Of a stretch of DNA of 64,000 nucleotides, positions 7,657 to 18,249 are shown one piece after another. The DNA is taken from contig JANNKU010000114.1 in the NCBI GenBank assembly GCA_031396445.1, positions 13,877-77,876 of the forward strand, given 5' to 3'. The first letter of the stretch is position 1; each line of letters opens with the position of its first letter. The position numbers and the translations under genes are program-made. This DNA comes from Deltaproteobacteria bacterium (GTDB lineage Bacteria; Myxococcota_A; UBA9160; PR03). The notes below the pieces were generated by a model. It saw only the letters and a list, made by a program, of their open reading frames with translations, made no database searches and was not told where the DNA came from.

Positions 7657-9903
7657 TCAGCGCCAACCCCACACGTGTAGAACGGGATCGAGCCCGACGA
7701 GCACCGCTCCATCGCGACCCGTCCACCAAAGCGCGTAGCCCCCGCGCTGCACGCGCAGGGCGACTTCCGCGTGCGGCATTCCGAAGCGACTCCAGCGCGG
7801 CGCCGACGCAATCGCGATCGCCCCGCCGACCGCATCGAGAAATGCACGCGACGACGACGTGCGACTGCCGTGGTGCGAGAGCTTCAGCACGTCCGCGTGC
7901 AGCAATACACCGCTCGCGAGCAGCGCCGCTTCCGCCGTCGCCTCGATGTCGCCCGCGAGCAGCAGCGAGCGACCCGCTACATCGATGTGCAAGGTCAGCG
8001 AGCGATCGTTGCGCGATGGCATCGGCGACGTCGCGGGCGGCGGCCAGAGCGGCGTGACGTCGAGGTCGCCGATCCGCTCGCGCGGTGAGCCGGCGCCGCG
8101 CTCTTCGACGCGCACGCCGAGCGCGCGTGCCTCCGCGATGAGCGCCGCGAATGCCGGCTCGCTCGCCGCGCCGTGCGGCAGCCACAAGCGCTCCGTCGGA
8201 ATCGCGCGCAACACCGAAGGGAGTCCGCCGCGGTGATCGAGATCCGCATGACTCGCTGCGACGACCGCGAGACGGCGCACCCCGAGTGCGCGCAGCGCCG
8301 GCACTACGACCGACGCGCCGAGGTCGCCGCCGCCTGGCAGCGCCGTGCCCGCATCGACCAGGATCGCAGCGCTCCGACCCTGCACGAGCGTCGCGTCGCC
8401 CTGCCCCACATCGAGGTGCACGATGCGCGGCGGCAGCGGCTCGATCCGCGGCGCCGGCGCGAGCGCGAGACCCGCCACGATCGCGAGCGACCACGCGAGG
8501 CGCCGCGACAGACGCGTCGAGCGCACGACGAAGATCAGTGCGCCGAGCGCGGCGAGCACGAAGGGCAGCGCCGGTCGCGCCGGCCACGCAGGCGGCGTCG
8601 CGGATGCTGCGATCGCGAGCGCATCGAGCGATGTTGCGCCGATCGCCGCCAGCGCACGCACGATGGTGTCAACCGCTACGCCATGCGGAGCCAGCGCCGC
8701 GAGCAGAGCGGCGACGAATGCGGCAGGCATCAGCACGAAGCCCGTCCATGGCACCGCGACGACGTTCGCAACGAGCCCCCATGGCGAGACGCTGCCGATC
8801 ACCGCGGCCGCCACCGGCGCAGTCGCTGCGGTTGCGAGCGCTGAGGTGTCGAGTCCGTCCAAAAGCCACGCGCGCCAGCGGGTGCGCCGCGCGCTGTCGC
8901 CCGCCAGCTCGCGGCGCGCCCCAAAGATCAATGCGCCGCTCGCGAGGAACGACATCTGCGCGCCGGCGTCGAAGAGCGCCGCGGGCTCGACAGCGAGAAT
9001 CGTCAGCACCGCGAGCGCCAGTGGCGCGCCGCGACGCATCGGACGCCGCAGCCACACCGACGCAGCGAGCGCGATCAACAACACCAGCGAGCGGCGCACC
9101 GGAACCTCGAAGCCCGCCAGCAACGCGTAGCCCGTCGCCGCAACGACGGCGGCCGCGAGCGCAGCTCTCCGTTGATCGACGACGAACGATTGGAAGCGCA
9201 GCAAGCGACGCGCGAGGGCGTAGACGAGTGCGCCGGCCAACACGAGATGCAGCCCCGACACCGAAAGCAGATGCGTCAGGCCGAGCAGCCGGAACTGATC
9301 GGCACGCGCGGCGCCGAGGCCACCGCGATCGCCAAGTGCGAGCGCCGCGAGCAGCGCGCCGCCCTCCCCGAAGTGCAGCAGGCGGTGCGTTCCCGTCGCG
9401 CGCAACGCGTAGAGCCAGGCCAGTGGCCGAAGTCCCTCCCGATCCGGCAGGCGCACGACGAAGTCGGGATGCGAAATCGCTCCGACCGCACCGATGCCGC
9501 GCCGCGCGAGATCGTGCGCGCGATCCCGCATGCCTGGATTCGCGCGTCCCTCGGGCGCTCGCAGCCGCGCCCGCATTCGGACGCGATCGCCGGGAACCAC
9601 GGATCCGAGCGGCGTCGCGCTCGAGGCGGCGGAGCGTTCGCGCAATCGCATCCGCCGCGGAACCGCGATCGTCTCGGTCGCCGCCGCCACGGCATCCGCC
9701 ACTTCGACCTCGACATCGCCGTATACACGCGCGGACGACACGACCGTCGCATCGAAGCTCGCCTCGAACGGAGCGGCGGGGCGCGCGTTCGCGGCCGCTT
9801 CGAGTCCGGTCGTGAGTGCGACGGCGCCGGCAGCGCTGCTCGCTGCGAGCGCCAGCGCGACGACGAGCGCGCGCGACTTGCGCGCCGCGATCGCGAGCCC
9901 CAA
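7657..9903 (-). CDS. comEC: DNA internalisation competence protein ComEC/Rec2
   Basis: 748 aa with an OB/DUF4131 region, a polytopic competence domain and a C-terminal metallo-beta-lactamase domain (HLDVGQGDATLV, SHADLDH). The track start is a TTG. The coding-like sequence continues upstream to 10062 (see findings). Confidence 0.9.
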   Translation of the reverse strand: MGLAIAARKSRALVVALALAASSAAGAVALTTGLEAAANARPAAPFEASFDATVVSSARVYGDVEVEVADAVAAATETIAVPRRMRLRERSAASSATPLGSVVPGDRVRMRARLRAPEGRANPGMRDRAHDLARRGIGAVGAISHPDFVVRLPDREGLRPLAWLYALRATGTHRLLHFGEGGALLAALALGDRGGLGAARADQFRLLGLTHLLSVSGLHLVLAGALVYALARRLLRFQSFVVDQRRAALAAAVVAATGYALLAGFEVPVRRSLVLLIALAASVWLRRPMRRGAPLALAVLTILAVEPAALFDAGAQMSFLASGALIFGARRELAGDSARRTRWRAWLLDGLDTSALATAATAPVAAAVIGSVSPWGLVANVVAVPWTGFVLMPAAFVAALLAALAPHGVAVDTIVRALAAIGATSLDALAIAASATPPAWPARPALPFVLAALGALIFVVRSTRLSRRLAWSLAIVAGLALAPAPRIEPLPPRIVHLDVGQGDATLVQGRSAAILVDAGTALPGGGDLGASVVVPALRALGVRRLAVVAASHADLDHRGGLPSVLRAIPTERLWLPHGAASEPAFAALIAEARALGVRVEERGAGSPRERIGDLDVTPLWPPPATSPMPSRNDRSLTLHIDVAGRSLLLAGDIEATAEAALLASGVLLHADVLKLSHHGSRTSSSRAFLDAVGGAIAIASAPRWSRFGMPHAEVALRVQRGGYALWWTGRDGAVLVGLDPVLHVWGWR

Positions 9904-10062
9904 CGCGACTACACCAGCGAATAGCGCCGTGCGCGAATCGATCCAACCGGCGTCAGCAGCGAGGATGCCCAGCGCCTGCGCGGCGACGAGCGCGATGAGA
10001 AAAAGAATGGCGCGAACCCCGCGCGGGACCGGGGTGGCGCAGACCGTACCCTGCTGCGCTGG

Positions 10063-10434
10063 CTAGTGCACCGAGCGAGGACGTTCGGTTGCGCTCGCTT
10101 TCGGCCGCATGCGCTGCACGTAGGTCGAGAGCACGCGCAGCGCGCCATCGAGCTTGTGCATTTCATCCGAGAACGCGGCGAGAAGACGCTGCACCTCGCG
10201 CAGGTCGCCGAGGCTGCGCTGCAGCGCGGCTTCGCTCGCGCTCTGCACTTCGCTCGCCGCGGCGATTCCGATCAACGCGGCCTGGTACGCATCCTCGCTG
10301 AGCGTTGGCGCCAACATTTCGATTCGTCCGCCGAGCGACTTGCGCAGCGTTCCGCCAACGCCGAGGCGATCGAGATCGCGTTCGATCTGCTCGCGGCTTC
10401 GCGCCGGTGTCGCGTTGCGGAATCGGAATCGCAT
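10063..10434 (-). CDS. Hypothetical protein (helical, no TM)
   Basis: Trimmed from ORF 10063..10617 to the ATG at 10434 (MRFRFRNATP...). Third-position GC is high. It ends in a TAG that is in frame with comEC. Confidence 0.45.
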   Translation of the reverse strand: MRFRFRNATPARSREQIERDLDRLGVGGTLRKSLGGRIEMLAPTLSEDAYQAALIGIAAASEVQSASEAALQRSLGDLREVQRLLAAFSDEMHKLDGALRVLSTYVQRMRPKASATERPRSVH

Positions 10435-10618
10435 CGGCTCGCAACAGGAGCAAGATCGATGCCCGCTCCTGGCGATGCGCAACAAGCCGCGGGATCCGAG
10501 TCGCCGCCCCGACAAGCGCCGAGATCTGCGTGTCGCCGTCTGTGCGCCGCATCGCCAGCCGTGGATACAGGCTGACCATTCAGGGAACGCGCGGTCCGCC
10601 GATCGCGCCCGGCGCACG

Positions 10619-11524
10619 TCACCGACGCCAGTTGTCGGGGACGTTCACCTGGTCGGCTTCGGCGGCGAGACTCTCGAGCTGGCGCTCGGCTTCGCTCTGC
10701 TCCTGATCGAGTTCGGCGAGCAGGCGGGATCGACTCGCTGGCGTGGTGTCGCGCCGCATCTCGATCCTCTCGAGGCGCTGCTCGAGGCCGCCGAACTCCA
10801 TCCGCCACTGGTTCTCGGAGCGACCACCGCGCAGATCACCGCCCTCGGCGAGATCATTCTCGGTCAGCGTCAGCATGCCGGCCGACGCATCGACCTGAAC
10901 CGTGAAGCGGTTCAGGAACGAGAGACCGAGCAAGCCTATCTGCATGCTCGGGGAGATCGACGCGGGCACATCCGACGCCTGCGCGCTGCCGAGCTCCACC
11001 GAGTCGAGTGTCACGACCGCCTGCTCGACGACACCATTGGCGGTCGTGAACTGCATCGTGCGCGCATCCGCGCCGACTTCGATGCCAGCTTCGCTCGCGA
11101 CCGCCTGCGGGAGCAGCACATAGCTGGCGCCCGTATCCACCATGAAGGGCGCGACCACGCTGCCATTGATGCGGACCATCACGATCATGCCGGTGCCGGC
11201 GCGTTCCACCGGGATGCGGTGCACGCGGCCGGCGCTCCCGTTGAGACGGCGCGCTGCGGAACGACGGCCGCCACTCGGCGCCGGCGCAGCGGGTGCGTTA
11301 GAGAAGGACTGCACCTTGTTCGGTGTCGGGCTCGCGTTCGCGCGCTCGCGCGCATCGACACGGTGCTCGGCGGGAACGCCCTGCAGATCCTGCGTGTAGT
11401 GCGCGTGCCCGTCCGCATCCGTCCACGTGTAGATCTCGCCGCGACTCGGCTCGGGCGCCGCGACGGCGCAGACGAGGCATGCCGTGACGATCGCGATGCG
11501 TAGCTGGGCTCGAGACATGGGCAC
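10619..11524 (-). CDS. Retropepsin-like (clan AA) aspartic protease with DUF4124-like N-domain and C-terminal coiled coil
   Basis: 301 aa. It has a signal peptide, IYTWTDADGHAHYT, the active-site motif FMVDTGASYVLL, and a charged helical tail. Confidence 0.7.
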   Translation of the reverse strand: MPMSRAQLRIAIVTACLVCAVAAPEPSRGEIYTWTDADGHAHYTQDLQGVPAEHRVDARERANASPTPNKVQSFSNAPAAPAPSGGRRSAARRLNGSAGRVHRIPVERAGTGMIVMVRINGSVVAPFMVDTGASYVLLPQAVASEAGIEVGADARTMQFTTANGVVEQAVVTLDSVELGSAQASDVPASISPSMQIGLLGLSFLNRFTVQVDASAGMLTLTENDLAEGGDLRGGRSENQWRMEFGGLEQRLERIEMRRDTTPASRSRLLAELDQEQSEAERQLESLAAEADQVNVPDNWRR

Positions 11525-11575
11525 TCCTCCGCGAACCCTCGATCGGTCGGCCGCGGAGCACGCTTGATCGCGCCG

Positions 11576-13474
11576 TCAGATCTCGAAGGGCTCTTCGAAA
11601 ACGGGAACCGCGAGCGGCTCCGGCTCTTCGAGCGCTCTGAAGAAGGTCCGAATCCGCTGCGCATCCGCGGGCGAAATGCCCTCGACGCCTGCGAGTTGCT
11701 CCGCGCTTGCCTCGCGCACCGCGCGCAGTGAACCGAGATCGCGCAGCAAGTTGCGCCGTTTGCGCGGGCCGATGCTGGCGATCTCTTCGAGGATCGAGGT
11801 CAGGTGCACGCGCCCCCGCAATTTGCGCTGGAACTCGATCGCAAAGCGATGCGCCTCGTCGCGGATGCGCTGCAGCAACAAGAGCGCGGCGCTGCTCGGC
11901 GCGAGCATCAGCGCATCCTTGCGCGCCGGCAGATGCACTTGCTCCGCCTTCAGGCCGCCGTGCCGCTTCACGCGCTTCGCATCGCCCACACCATCGCGCT
12001 CCTTCGAGATGCCGACGGCATCGAGCTCGACACCGACATCGGACAGCGCCGCGACCGCGACACCGAGCTGCCCCTTGCCGCCATCCACCATCAGCAGATC
12101 GGGCAGCGGATCGCTTTCGCGGCGTTCGAGGCGGCGCGTCAGCACTTCGCGCAGACACGCGAAGTCGTCACCCGCCGCGGCGTCGCGAATGCGATAGCGG
12201 CGATAGCCGTTCTTGTCCGGCTGGCCGTTCTCGAACGCGACGCGGCTCGCCACCGCGAGCGTACCGCCGAGCGTCGAGACGTCGTAACCCTCGATGCGGC
12301 GCGGCAGGCGCGCGAGGCCGAGTCGCTCTTGCAACTCGGCGAGCGTCGCGAGCACGTTCTCGCGTGCATCGAGACGCTGCGCGAGTTGCAGCTCGGCGTT
12401 GGCGTTCGCCATCCCGACCAACTCGCGCAGCGGACCGCGTTGCGGCGCGCGGAGCTCGACGCGGCGCCCCGCGCGCTCGCCGAGAAGTTCGCGCAGCGGA
12501 TCCGCATCGAGCGGCTCGAGCGCGACCAGCACTTCGGCCGGCACGACGCGATCGGGCACCGCGTAGTACTGGCCGAGGAACGAGCCGAAGGCCTCCGCGT
12601 CGTCGATCTGGATCTCGGAGTAGGCATGCGAGACGTGGCCGACGACGCGGCCGGCGCGCACGTGCAACACGGCGATCTCGACCTCGCCGCCGCGCCGCGC
12701 CCAGCCGAAGACATCGCGATCGATCGCGCGCTCGCCGACGATCTGCTGGCGCTGCACGGTCTGCTCGACGGCGCCGATGCGATCGCGCAATCGCGCCGCC
12801 TCTTCGTAACGCTCGTCGGCGGCAGCGCGTTCCATCGTCGCGGTGAGCTCGCGCAACAGCTCGTCTGAGCGACCGCGCAAGAAGAGCACCGTGCCTTCCA
12901 CCAGTTGTGCGTAGTTCGCGGCGTCGATCAGCTCGCAGCAGGGACCTAGGCAGCGCTTCATCTCGTACTCGATGCACGGGCGACCGCGGCGCGCGTAGTC
13001 GCGGAACACCGGATCGGAACACGAACGCAGCGGGAAGATGCGGCGCAGGTTCGAGATCGCGTCGCGCAGCGACTGGCTCGATGTGTAGGGCCCGAAGTAC
13101 GCGGCGCCATCGTCCTTGAAGCGGCGCACCGGTGTCGGGCGCGGCCACGGCTCGCGTGTGTCGATACGCAGACCGAGGTACTGCTTGTCGTCGCGGAAGC
13201 GGACGTTGAAGGGCGGCTTGTGGCGCTTGATGAGCTCGTTCTCGAGCAGCAACGCGTCCTTCACGGACGGCGTCACGACGACGTCGAGATCGACCACGCG
13301 CTCCATCAACTGCGGAATCTGCACGCGCCCGTCGCCGCCGCCGCGAAAGTACGAGCGCACGCGGCTCTTCAGATTCTGCGCCTTGCCGACGTAGAGCACG
13401 CGGCCCCGCGCGTTGCGGAACAAGTAGACGCCCGGCCCGGTGGGCAGCGCTTCGACTCGCTCTTCGAGATCCAC
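11576..13474 (-). CDS. uvrC: Excinuclease ABC subunit C
   Basis: 632 aa. The GIY-YIG N-terminus reads GVYLFRNARGRVLYVGKAQNLKSRV, followed by a UVR domain and an Endo V/HhH C-terminus. The start is GTG. Confidence 0.95.
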   Translation of the reverse strand: MDLEERVEALPTGPGVYLFRNARGRVLYVGKAQNLKSRVRSYFRGGGDGRVQIPQLMERVVDLDVVVTPSVKDALLLENELIKRHKPPFNVRFRDDKQYLGLRIDTREPWPRPTPVRRFKDDGAAYFGPYTSSQSLRDAISNLRRIFPLRSCSDPVFRDYARRGRPCIEYEMKRCLGPCCELIDAANYAQLVEGTVLFLRGRSDELLRELTATMERAAADERYEEAARLRDRIGAVEQTVQRQQIVGERAIDRDVFGWARRGGEVEIAVLHVRAGRVVGHVSHAYSEIQIDDAEAFGSFLGQYYAVPDRVVPAEVLVALEPLDADPLRELLGERAGRRVELRAPQRGPLRELVGMANANAELQLAQRLDARENVLATLAELQERLGLARLPRRIEGYDVSTLGGTLAVASRVAFENGQPDKNGYRRYRIRDAAAGDDFACLREVLTRRLERRESDPLPDLLMVDGGKGQLGVAVAALSDVGVELDAVGISKERDGVGDAKRVKRHGGLKAEQVHLPARKDALMLAPSSAALLLLQRIRDEAHRFAIEFQRKLRGRVHLTSILEEIASIGPRKRRNLLRDLGSLRAVREASAEQLAGVEGISPADAQRIRTFFRALEEPEPLAVPVFEEPFEI

Positions 13475-13491
13475 GTCGCGAAAGCTAGCCG

Positions 13492-15498
13492 CTAGCCAAC
13501 CCGAAGGCGCTCTGCTTCCAGCGTGCGGATGCGATCGCGCAGCGCGGCGGCGCGCTCGAAGTCGAGTTCCTTCGCGGCCGTTTGCATCTCGCGGCGCAGG
13601 CCCGCGATCAGCGCGGGGAGTTCATGCAGCGGGATCTCGGCTTCGGGGCGCTCGCGCACGGTCGACACCGTCACGTAGTCCCGCTCCCAGATCGAGTCGC
13701 GCAGGCTGCCGATCTTCTTGACGATGCTGCGCGGCGTGATGCCGTGCTCCGTGTTGTAGGCGCGCTGCCGCGCGCGGCGGCGGTTGGTCTCGTCGAGCGT
13801 CGCGCGGATCGAAGCGGTTTCCTTGTCGGCGTAGAGGATCACGGTGCCGTGTACGTTGCGCGCGGCCCGGCCGATCGTCTGGATCAGCGAGCGCGTCGAG
13901 CGCAGGAAGCCTTCCTTGTCCGCATCGAGGATCGCGACCAGCGACACCTCCGGGATGTCGAGACCTTCCCGCAACAGATTGATACCGACCAGGACGTCGA
14001 AGCCGCCTTCGCGCAACTCGCGAATGATCTCGGTGCGCTCGATCGTCTTGATGTCGCTGTGCAGATAGCGGATGCGCACGCCGTGTTCGCCGTAGTACTC
14101 GGTCAGCTCCTCGGCCATGCGCTTGGTCAGCGTCGTCACCAACACGCGCTCGCCCTTCTCGGCGCGCACGCGGATCTCGCCGAGCAGGTGATCCACCTGG
14201 CCGGTGGCGGGTCGAACCTCCACCTGCGGATCGATCAGGCCCGTCGGGCGGATGATCTGCTCGACCACGACGCCGCCGGATTGTGTCAGCTCCCAATCGC
14301 CCGGCGTCGCCGACGCGAAGAGCATCTGGCCGGCACGTTCGTACCACTCGTCGAAGCGCAGCGGCCGGTTGTCGAGCGCCGACGGCAGCCGGAAGCCATA
14401 GCTGACGAGCGTCTCCTTGCGCGCGCGATCGCCGCGATACATCGCGCCGATCTGCGGCACCGTGATGTGACTCTCGTCGAGCACCAGCAGGAAGTCGTCG
14501 GGGAAATAGTCGTAGAGCGTGTACGGCGACTGACCGGCGTCGCGACCATCGAGCCAACGCGAGTAGTTCTCGACGCCGTGGCAGAAGCCCATCTGCTCGA
14601 GCATTTCGAGGTCGTAGAGCGTGCGCTGTTCGAGGCGCTGCGCTTCGAGAAGCTTGTTGTCGCGCTGAAACTCGGCGAGTCGCAATTGCAATTCGTCGCG
14701 AATTCCCTTGATGGCGTGATGCAACACCTCGGCGGTCGCAACGTAGTGACTCGCTGGGTAGATCAGCGTGCGGCTCGGACGCGACAGCACCTTGCCGCGC
14801 AGCGGATCGATCTCGGCGATGCCGTCCACTTCGTCGCCGAAGAACTCGATGCGGATCGCGCGCTCGTTCTCGTATTGCGGGAACACCTCGACGACGTCGC
14901 CGCGCACGCGGAAGGTGCCGCGATGGAAGTCCACGTCGTTGCGCTCGTAGAGCATGTCCACCAGGCGGCGCAGCAGATCGTCGCGAGACAGGCGCGCGCC
15001 TTTCTCGATGTAGGCGTGCATCGAGCCGTAGGTGACCGGCGCGCCGAGGCCGTAGATGCAGGACACGCTCGCGACCACCAGCACGTCGTGTCGCGTGAGC
15101 AGCGAATGCGTGGCCGAGTGGCGCAGCTTGTCGATCTCGTCGTTGATCGACGAGTCCTTCTCGATGTAGGTGTCGGTGGTCGGGATGTACGCTTCGGGCT
15201 GGTAGTAGTCGTAGTACGAGACGAAGTACTCGACGGCGTTGTCCGGGAACAATCCCTTGAACTCGGCGTAGAGCTGCGCGGCCAGCGTCTTGTTGGGCGC
15301 CATCACCAGTGTCGGCCGGTTCACCGCTTCGACCACGCACGCCATCGTGAACGACTTGCCGCTGCCGGTGACGCCGAGCAGCGTCTGGTGGCGATCACCG
15401 CGCTGCAGACCGGCGACCAGTTCCTCGATCGCGCGCGGCTGATCCCCCTGCGGAGTGAACTCGGACACCAGCTTGAACGGACGATCCATTTCGCGCAT
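13492..15498 (-). CDS. uvrB: Excinuclease ABC subunit B
   Basis: Trimmed from ORF 13492..15828 to ATG 15498 ([24 protein letters not shown]). It has the helicase motif GVTGSGKSF and a C-terminal UVR domain. Confidence 0.95.
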   Translation of the reverse strand: MREMDRPFKLVSEFTPQGDQPRAIEELVAGLQRGDRHQTLLGVTGSGKSFTMACVVEAVNRPTLVMAPNKTLAAQLYAEFKGLFPDNAVEYFVSYYDYYQPEAYIPTTDTYIEKDSSINDEIDKLRHSATHSLLTRHDVLVVASVSCIYGLGAPVTYGSMHAYIEKGARLSRDDLLRRLVDMLYERNDVDFHRGTFRVRGDVVEVFPQYENERAIRIEFFGDEVDGIAEIDPLRGKVLSRPSRTLIYPASHYVATAEVLHHAIKGIRDELQLRLAEFQRDNKLLEAQRLEQRTLYDLEMLEQMGFCHGVENYSRWLDGRDAGQSPYTLYDYFPDDFLLVLDESHITVPQIGAMYRGDRARKETLVSYGFRLPSALDNRPLRFDEWYERAGQMLFASATPGDWELTQSGGVVVEQIIRPTGLIDPQVEVRPATGQVDHLLGEIRVRAEKGERVLVTTLTKRMAEELTEYYGEHGVRIRYLHSDIKTIERTEIIRELREGGFDVLVGINLLREGLDIPEVSLVAILDADKEGFLRSTRSLIQTIGRAARNVHGTVILYADKETASIRATLDETNRRRARQRAYNTEHGITPRSIVKKIGSLRDSIWERDYVTVSTVRERPEAEIPLHELPALIAGLRREMQTAAKELDFERAAALRDRIRTLEAERLRVG

Positions 15499-15554
15499 CG
15501 GCAGCGCGCCACTCGGTACCGGAGACGAGCCCGTTCGCGTGCCACTGGCGCCAC

Positions 15555-16967
15555 TCACGGCAAGCGCTTCCACTTGGAGCCGTCCTTGCCATCCTGGATC
15601 TCGATGCCCTCGGCGTCGAGCTGCGCGCGAATGCGATCGGCGGTGGCGAAGTCGCGCGCCTGACGCGCCGCGAAGCGCTCGGCAACCAGCGCATCGATGC
15701 GCGGATCGCTCTCCTGCACGTCGCCCTGCGGCGTCTCGCTTGCGAGGCCGAGACCGAGCCACGCATCGAATTCGACGAGCAACACGCGCTGCGCCGGCGG
15801 CGACAAATCGCTGCGCGCAACCTCCCACGCGACGGCGAGTGCGCGCGGCGCGTTCAGGTCGTCGTTCACCGCGTCCCAGAAGCGTGTACGCAACGCGGCG
15901 ATCGTCGCGCCCTCGTCAGCGGTCGGCTCGCCCACGGCGTCGCGCACCGACGCGGCGGCGCGCAGCAGGCGCCGGTAGCCAGTCGCGGCGGCGCCCATCT
16001 CTTCCCACGAGAACGCCTGCTGTTGGCGGTAGTACGCCTGCAAGAAGAAGTAGCGATACGCGAGCGGCTCGAAACCGCGCTCGATGAGATCGTCGAGCAC
16101 GAGCGTGTGCCCCTTCGACTTCGCGAGCTTCTCGCCGCCGAGATCGAGGAACTCGTTGTGCATCCATACATTCACCCACGGATGCACGTCGAATGCGCAC
16201 TCGCTCTGCGCGATCTCGTTGGTGTGGTGCACGGGAATGTGATCGACGCCGCCGGTATGGATGTCGAAGTGGGTGCCGAGATAATGCACGCTCATCGCCG
16301 AGCACTCGAGATGCCAGCCGGGGAAGCCGCGGCCCCACGGCGAGTCCCATTCTTGTTGCCGCGTCACGCCCGCCGCCGCGAACTTCCAGAGCGCGAAGTC
16401 CTGCGGGCTGCGCTTACCCGCGACGTCGCCGATCCGCGCGCCGGCTTCCTGGCCCGAGAGATCGAGGCGCGCGAACGCGGCGTAGCCCGGGAACTTTGCG
16501 GTGTCGAAGTAGAGGCCGTCCTCGATCGCGTAGGTGTAACCCTTGGCTTCGAGGCGCTGCGCCAACGCGATCTGCTCGGGAATGTGTTCGGTCGCCTTGC
16601 AGAGCTGCTCGGCATCGAGACAATGGAGACGCTGGCGATCGCGCAGCCATTGTTCGGTGTAGGACGCGGCAATCTCCGCCGCCGACTTGCCCGCGCGCGC
16701 GGCGGCGCGCTCCATCTTGTCCTCGCCGCTGTCGGCATCGGACGCGAGATGGCCGACGTCGGTGATGTTGATCACATGCGTGACGCGCAGCCCATCGGCG
16801 AGCAGCGCGCGCTTCAGCAGATCCGCGAATAGATACGGGCGCAGATTCCCGATGTGCTGCGGCGCGTAGACCGTCGGACCGCAGGAGTAGATGCGCGCAT
16901 GCCCGCTCTCGATCGGATCGAACGCCTCTTTCTGGCGCGTTCGTGTGTTGAAGAGCCGCAGCGTCAC
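15555..16967 (-). CDS. cysS: Cysteine--tRNA ligase
   Basis: Trimmed to GTG 16967 ([14 protein letters not shown]), which forms a GTGA overlap with the ispF stop. HIGN and KMSKS-like (KLAKSKG) class I motifs are present. Confidence 0.95.
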   Translation of the reverse strand: MTLRLFNTRTRQKEAFDPIESGHARIYSCGPTVYAPQHIGNLRPYLFADLLKRALLADGLRVTHVINITDVGHLASDADSGEDKMERAAARAGKSAAEIAASYTEQWLRDRQRLHCLDAEQLCKATEHIPEQIALAQRLEAKGYTYAIEDGLYFDTAKFPGYAAFARLDLSGQEAGARIGDVAGKRSPQDFALWKFAAAGVTRQQEWDSPWGRGFPGWHLECSAMSVHYLGTHFDIHTGGVDHIPVHHTNEIAQSECAFDVHPWVNVWMHNEFLDLGGEKLAKSKGHTLVLDDLIERGFEPLAYRYFFLQAYYRQQQAFSWEEMGAAATGYRRLLRAAASVRDAVGEPTADEGATIAALRTRFWDAVNDDLNAPRALAVAWEVARSDLSPPAQRVLLVEFDAWLGLGLASETPQGDVQESDPRIDALVAERFAARQARDFATADRIRAQLDAEGIEIQDGKDGSKWKRLP

Positions 16968-17455
16968 TCCGACTCCGCCTGCTCGATCAGCACGATCGCC
17001 TGCGCGGCGATGCCGTCGCCGCGCCCGATCGCGCCCAGCCCGTCGCTGCTGGTGACCTTCACGCTGACGCGCTCGGGATCGACATCGAGGCAACGCGCGA
17101 CACCGCGCACCATCGCCTCGCGAAACGGCGCGAGCCGCGGCAACTGCGCGATCACGGTGGCATCGACGTTGCCGATCGCGAAGCCGCGCTCGCGCACCAG
17201 CTCCATCACTTCCTCGACCAGATCGCGACTCGCGACGCCATGCCAGCGCGGATCCGACGAAGGGAAGTGCGTGCCGAGATCGCCGGCGCCGAGCGCGCCG
17301 AGCAGAGCGCTCGCCACCGCGTGCAAGAGCACGTCACCATCGGAGTGCCCTTCGAGGCCGCGCTCGAACGGAATCTCGACACCGCCGAGTCGCAGCGGAC
17401 GACCGGCGACCAGCCGATGCGCGTCGATGCCCTGCCCCACGCGCATGTGAGTCAT
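16964..17455 (-). CDS. ispF: 2-C-methyl-D-erythritol 2,4-cyclodiphosphate synthase
   Basis: Trimmed to ATG 17455 (MTHMRVGQGIDAHRL...HSDGDVLLHA), 163 aa. It forms an ATGA overlap with ispD. Confidence 0.95.
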   Translation of the reverse strand: MTHMRVGQGIDAHRLVAGRPLRLGGVEIPFERGLEGHSDGDVLLHAVASALLGALGAGDLGTHFPSSDPRWHGVASRDLVEEVMELVRERGFAIGNVDATVIAQLPRLAPFREAMVRGVARCLDVDPERVSVKVTSSDGLGAIGRGDGIAAQAIVLIEQAESE

Positions 17456-18153
17456 CGCAATTCCTCGTCGCGACGTTCTTGCAGCGCCGCTTCGGCCCAC
17501 GCGAGATCCGCCGGCCAGGTGATCTTCAAATTGCTGGGATCGCCCGCGACGATCTCGACGACGCAGCCGAGTCGCTCGACGAGCTGCGCGTCGTCGGTGC
17601 CCTGAAATGCGTCGGCCTGCGCCTTTGCGAGCGCCTCGCGCAACAGCGCCGCGCGAAACACCTGCGGTGTCTGCGCAGCCCAGAGCCCTTCGCGCGGCGG
17701 CGTCTCCACGACGCGACCGTCGCGCACGCGCTTCAACGTGTCGCGCACCGGCACCGCGAGCAACGCTGCACCGCTGCGTGCCGCGGCGGCGATCACGCGC
17801 GCGACATCCGCCGGGCGCACCAGCGGTCGCGCGGCGTCGTGGATTGCGACGAGTTCCACGTCGGCGGACAGCGCTGACAAACCTGCGTGCATCGAGTCCT
17901 GACGCTCGGCGCCGCCCGTGATCGGCGCAACGACCTTGCGCGCCGCGCTCGCGCTCCAAAGCCACGCCGCGAGTCGATCGATCTCCGCTGCGGGAAGCAC
18001 CGGCACGATGATGTCGATCGCAGCGCATGCGGCCAATGCCTCGACGGCGTGGACCAACAAGGGCTGACCGGCGAGCGGCAGGAACGCTTTCGGCTGGCCG
18101 GCACCGAAGCGCTCACCGCGGCCAGCCGCGAGTACGAGAGCGGCGACGCGCAT
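17452..18153 (-). CDS. ispD: 2-C-methyl-D-erythritol 4-phosphate cytidylyltransferase
   Basis: 233 aa, starting MRVAALVLAAGRGERFG. The gene is not fused to ispF. Confidence 0.9.
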   Translation of the reverse strand: MRVAALVLAAGRGERFGAGQPKAFLPLAGQPLLVHAVEALAACAAIDIIVPVLPAAEIDRLAAWLWSASAARKVVAPITGGAERQDSMHAGLSALSADVELVAIHDAARPLVRPADVARVIAAAARSGAALLAVPVRDTLKRVRDGRVVETPPREGLWAAQTPQVFRAALLREALAKAQADAFQGTDDAQLVERLGCVVEIVAGDPSNLKITWPADLAWAEAALQERRDEELR

Positions 18154-18249
18154 CGCGCGACCATAGCCGTTCAGATCTTGGGCTGCGGCGCTTCGCGGGC
18201 TAGTGTGCGGCCGCTCGCCCGTTCGCGGAACACGAGGAGGGGGTCTCGT

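Noticed and set aside
10063-10065. I considered whether the in-frame TAG before comEC is a recoded codon (pyrrolysine or another reassignment).
   Set aside because: TAG terminates several well-defined genes in this window, including the kinase at 1964, uvrB at 13492, the aurF-like gene at 4821, secF at 20699 and mazG at 55862. No pyl genes are present. A non-canonical start, a nonsense mutation or a sequencing error is more likely.
11576-15498. I noticed the adjacent, co-oriented uvrB-uvrC pair (17-nt gap) as a possible unusual arrangement.
   Set aside because: Both genes look complete and ordinary. The linkage is a synteny curiosity only, and I cannot judge how rare it is without a database comparison.
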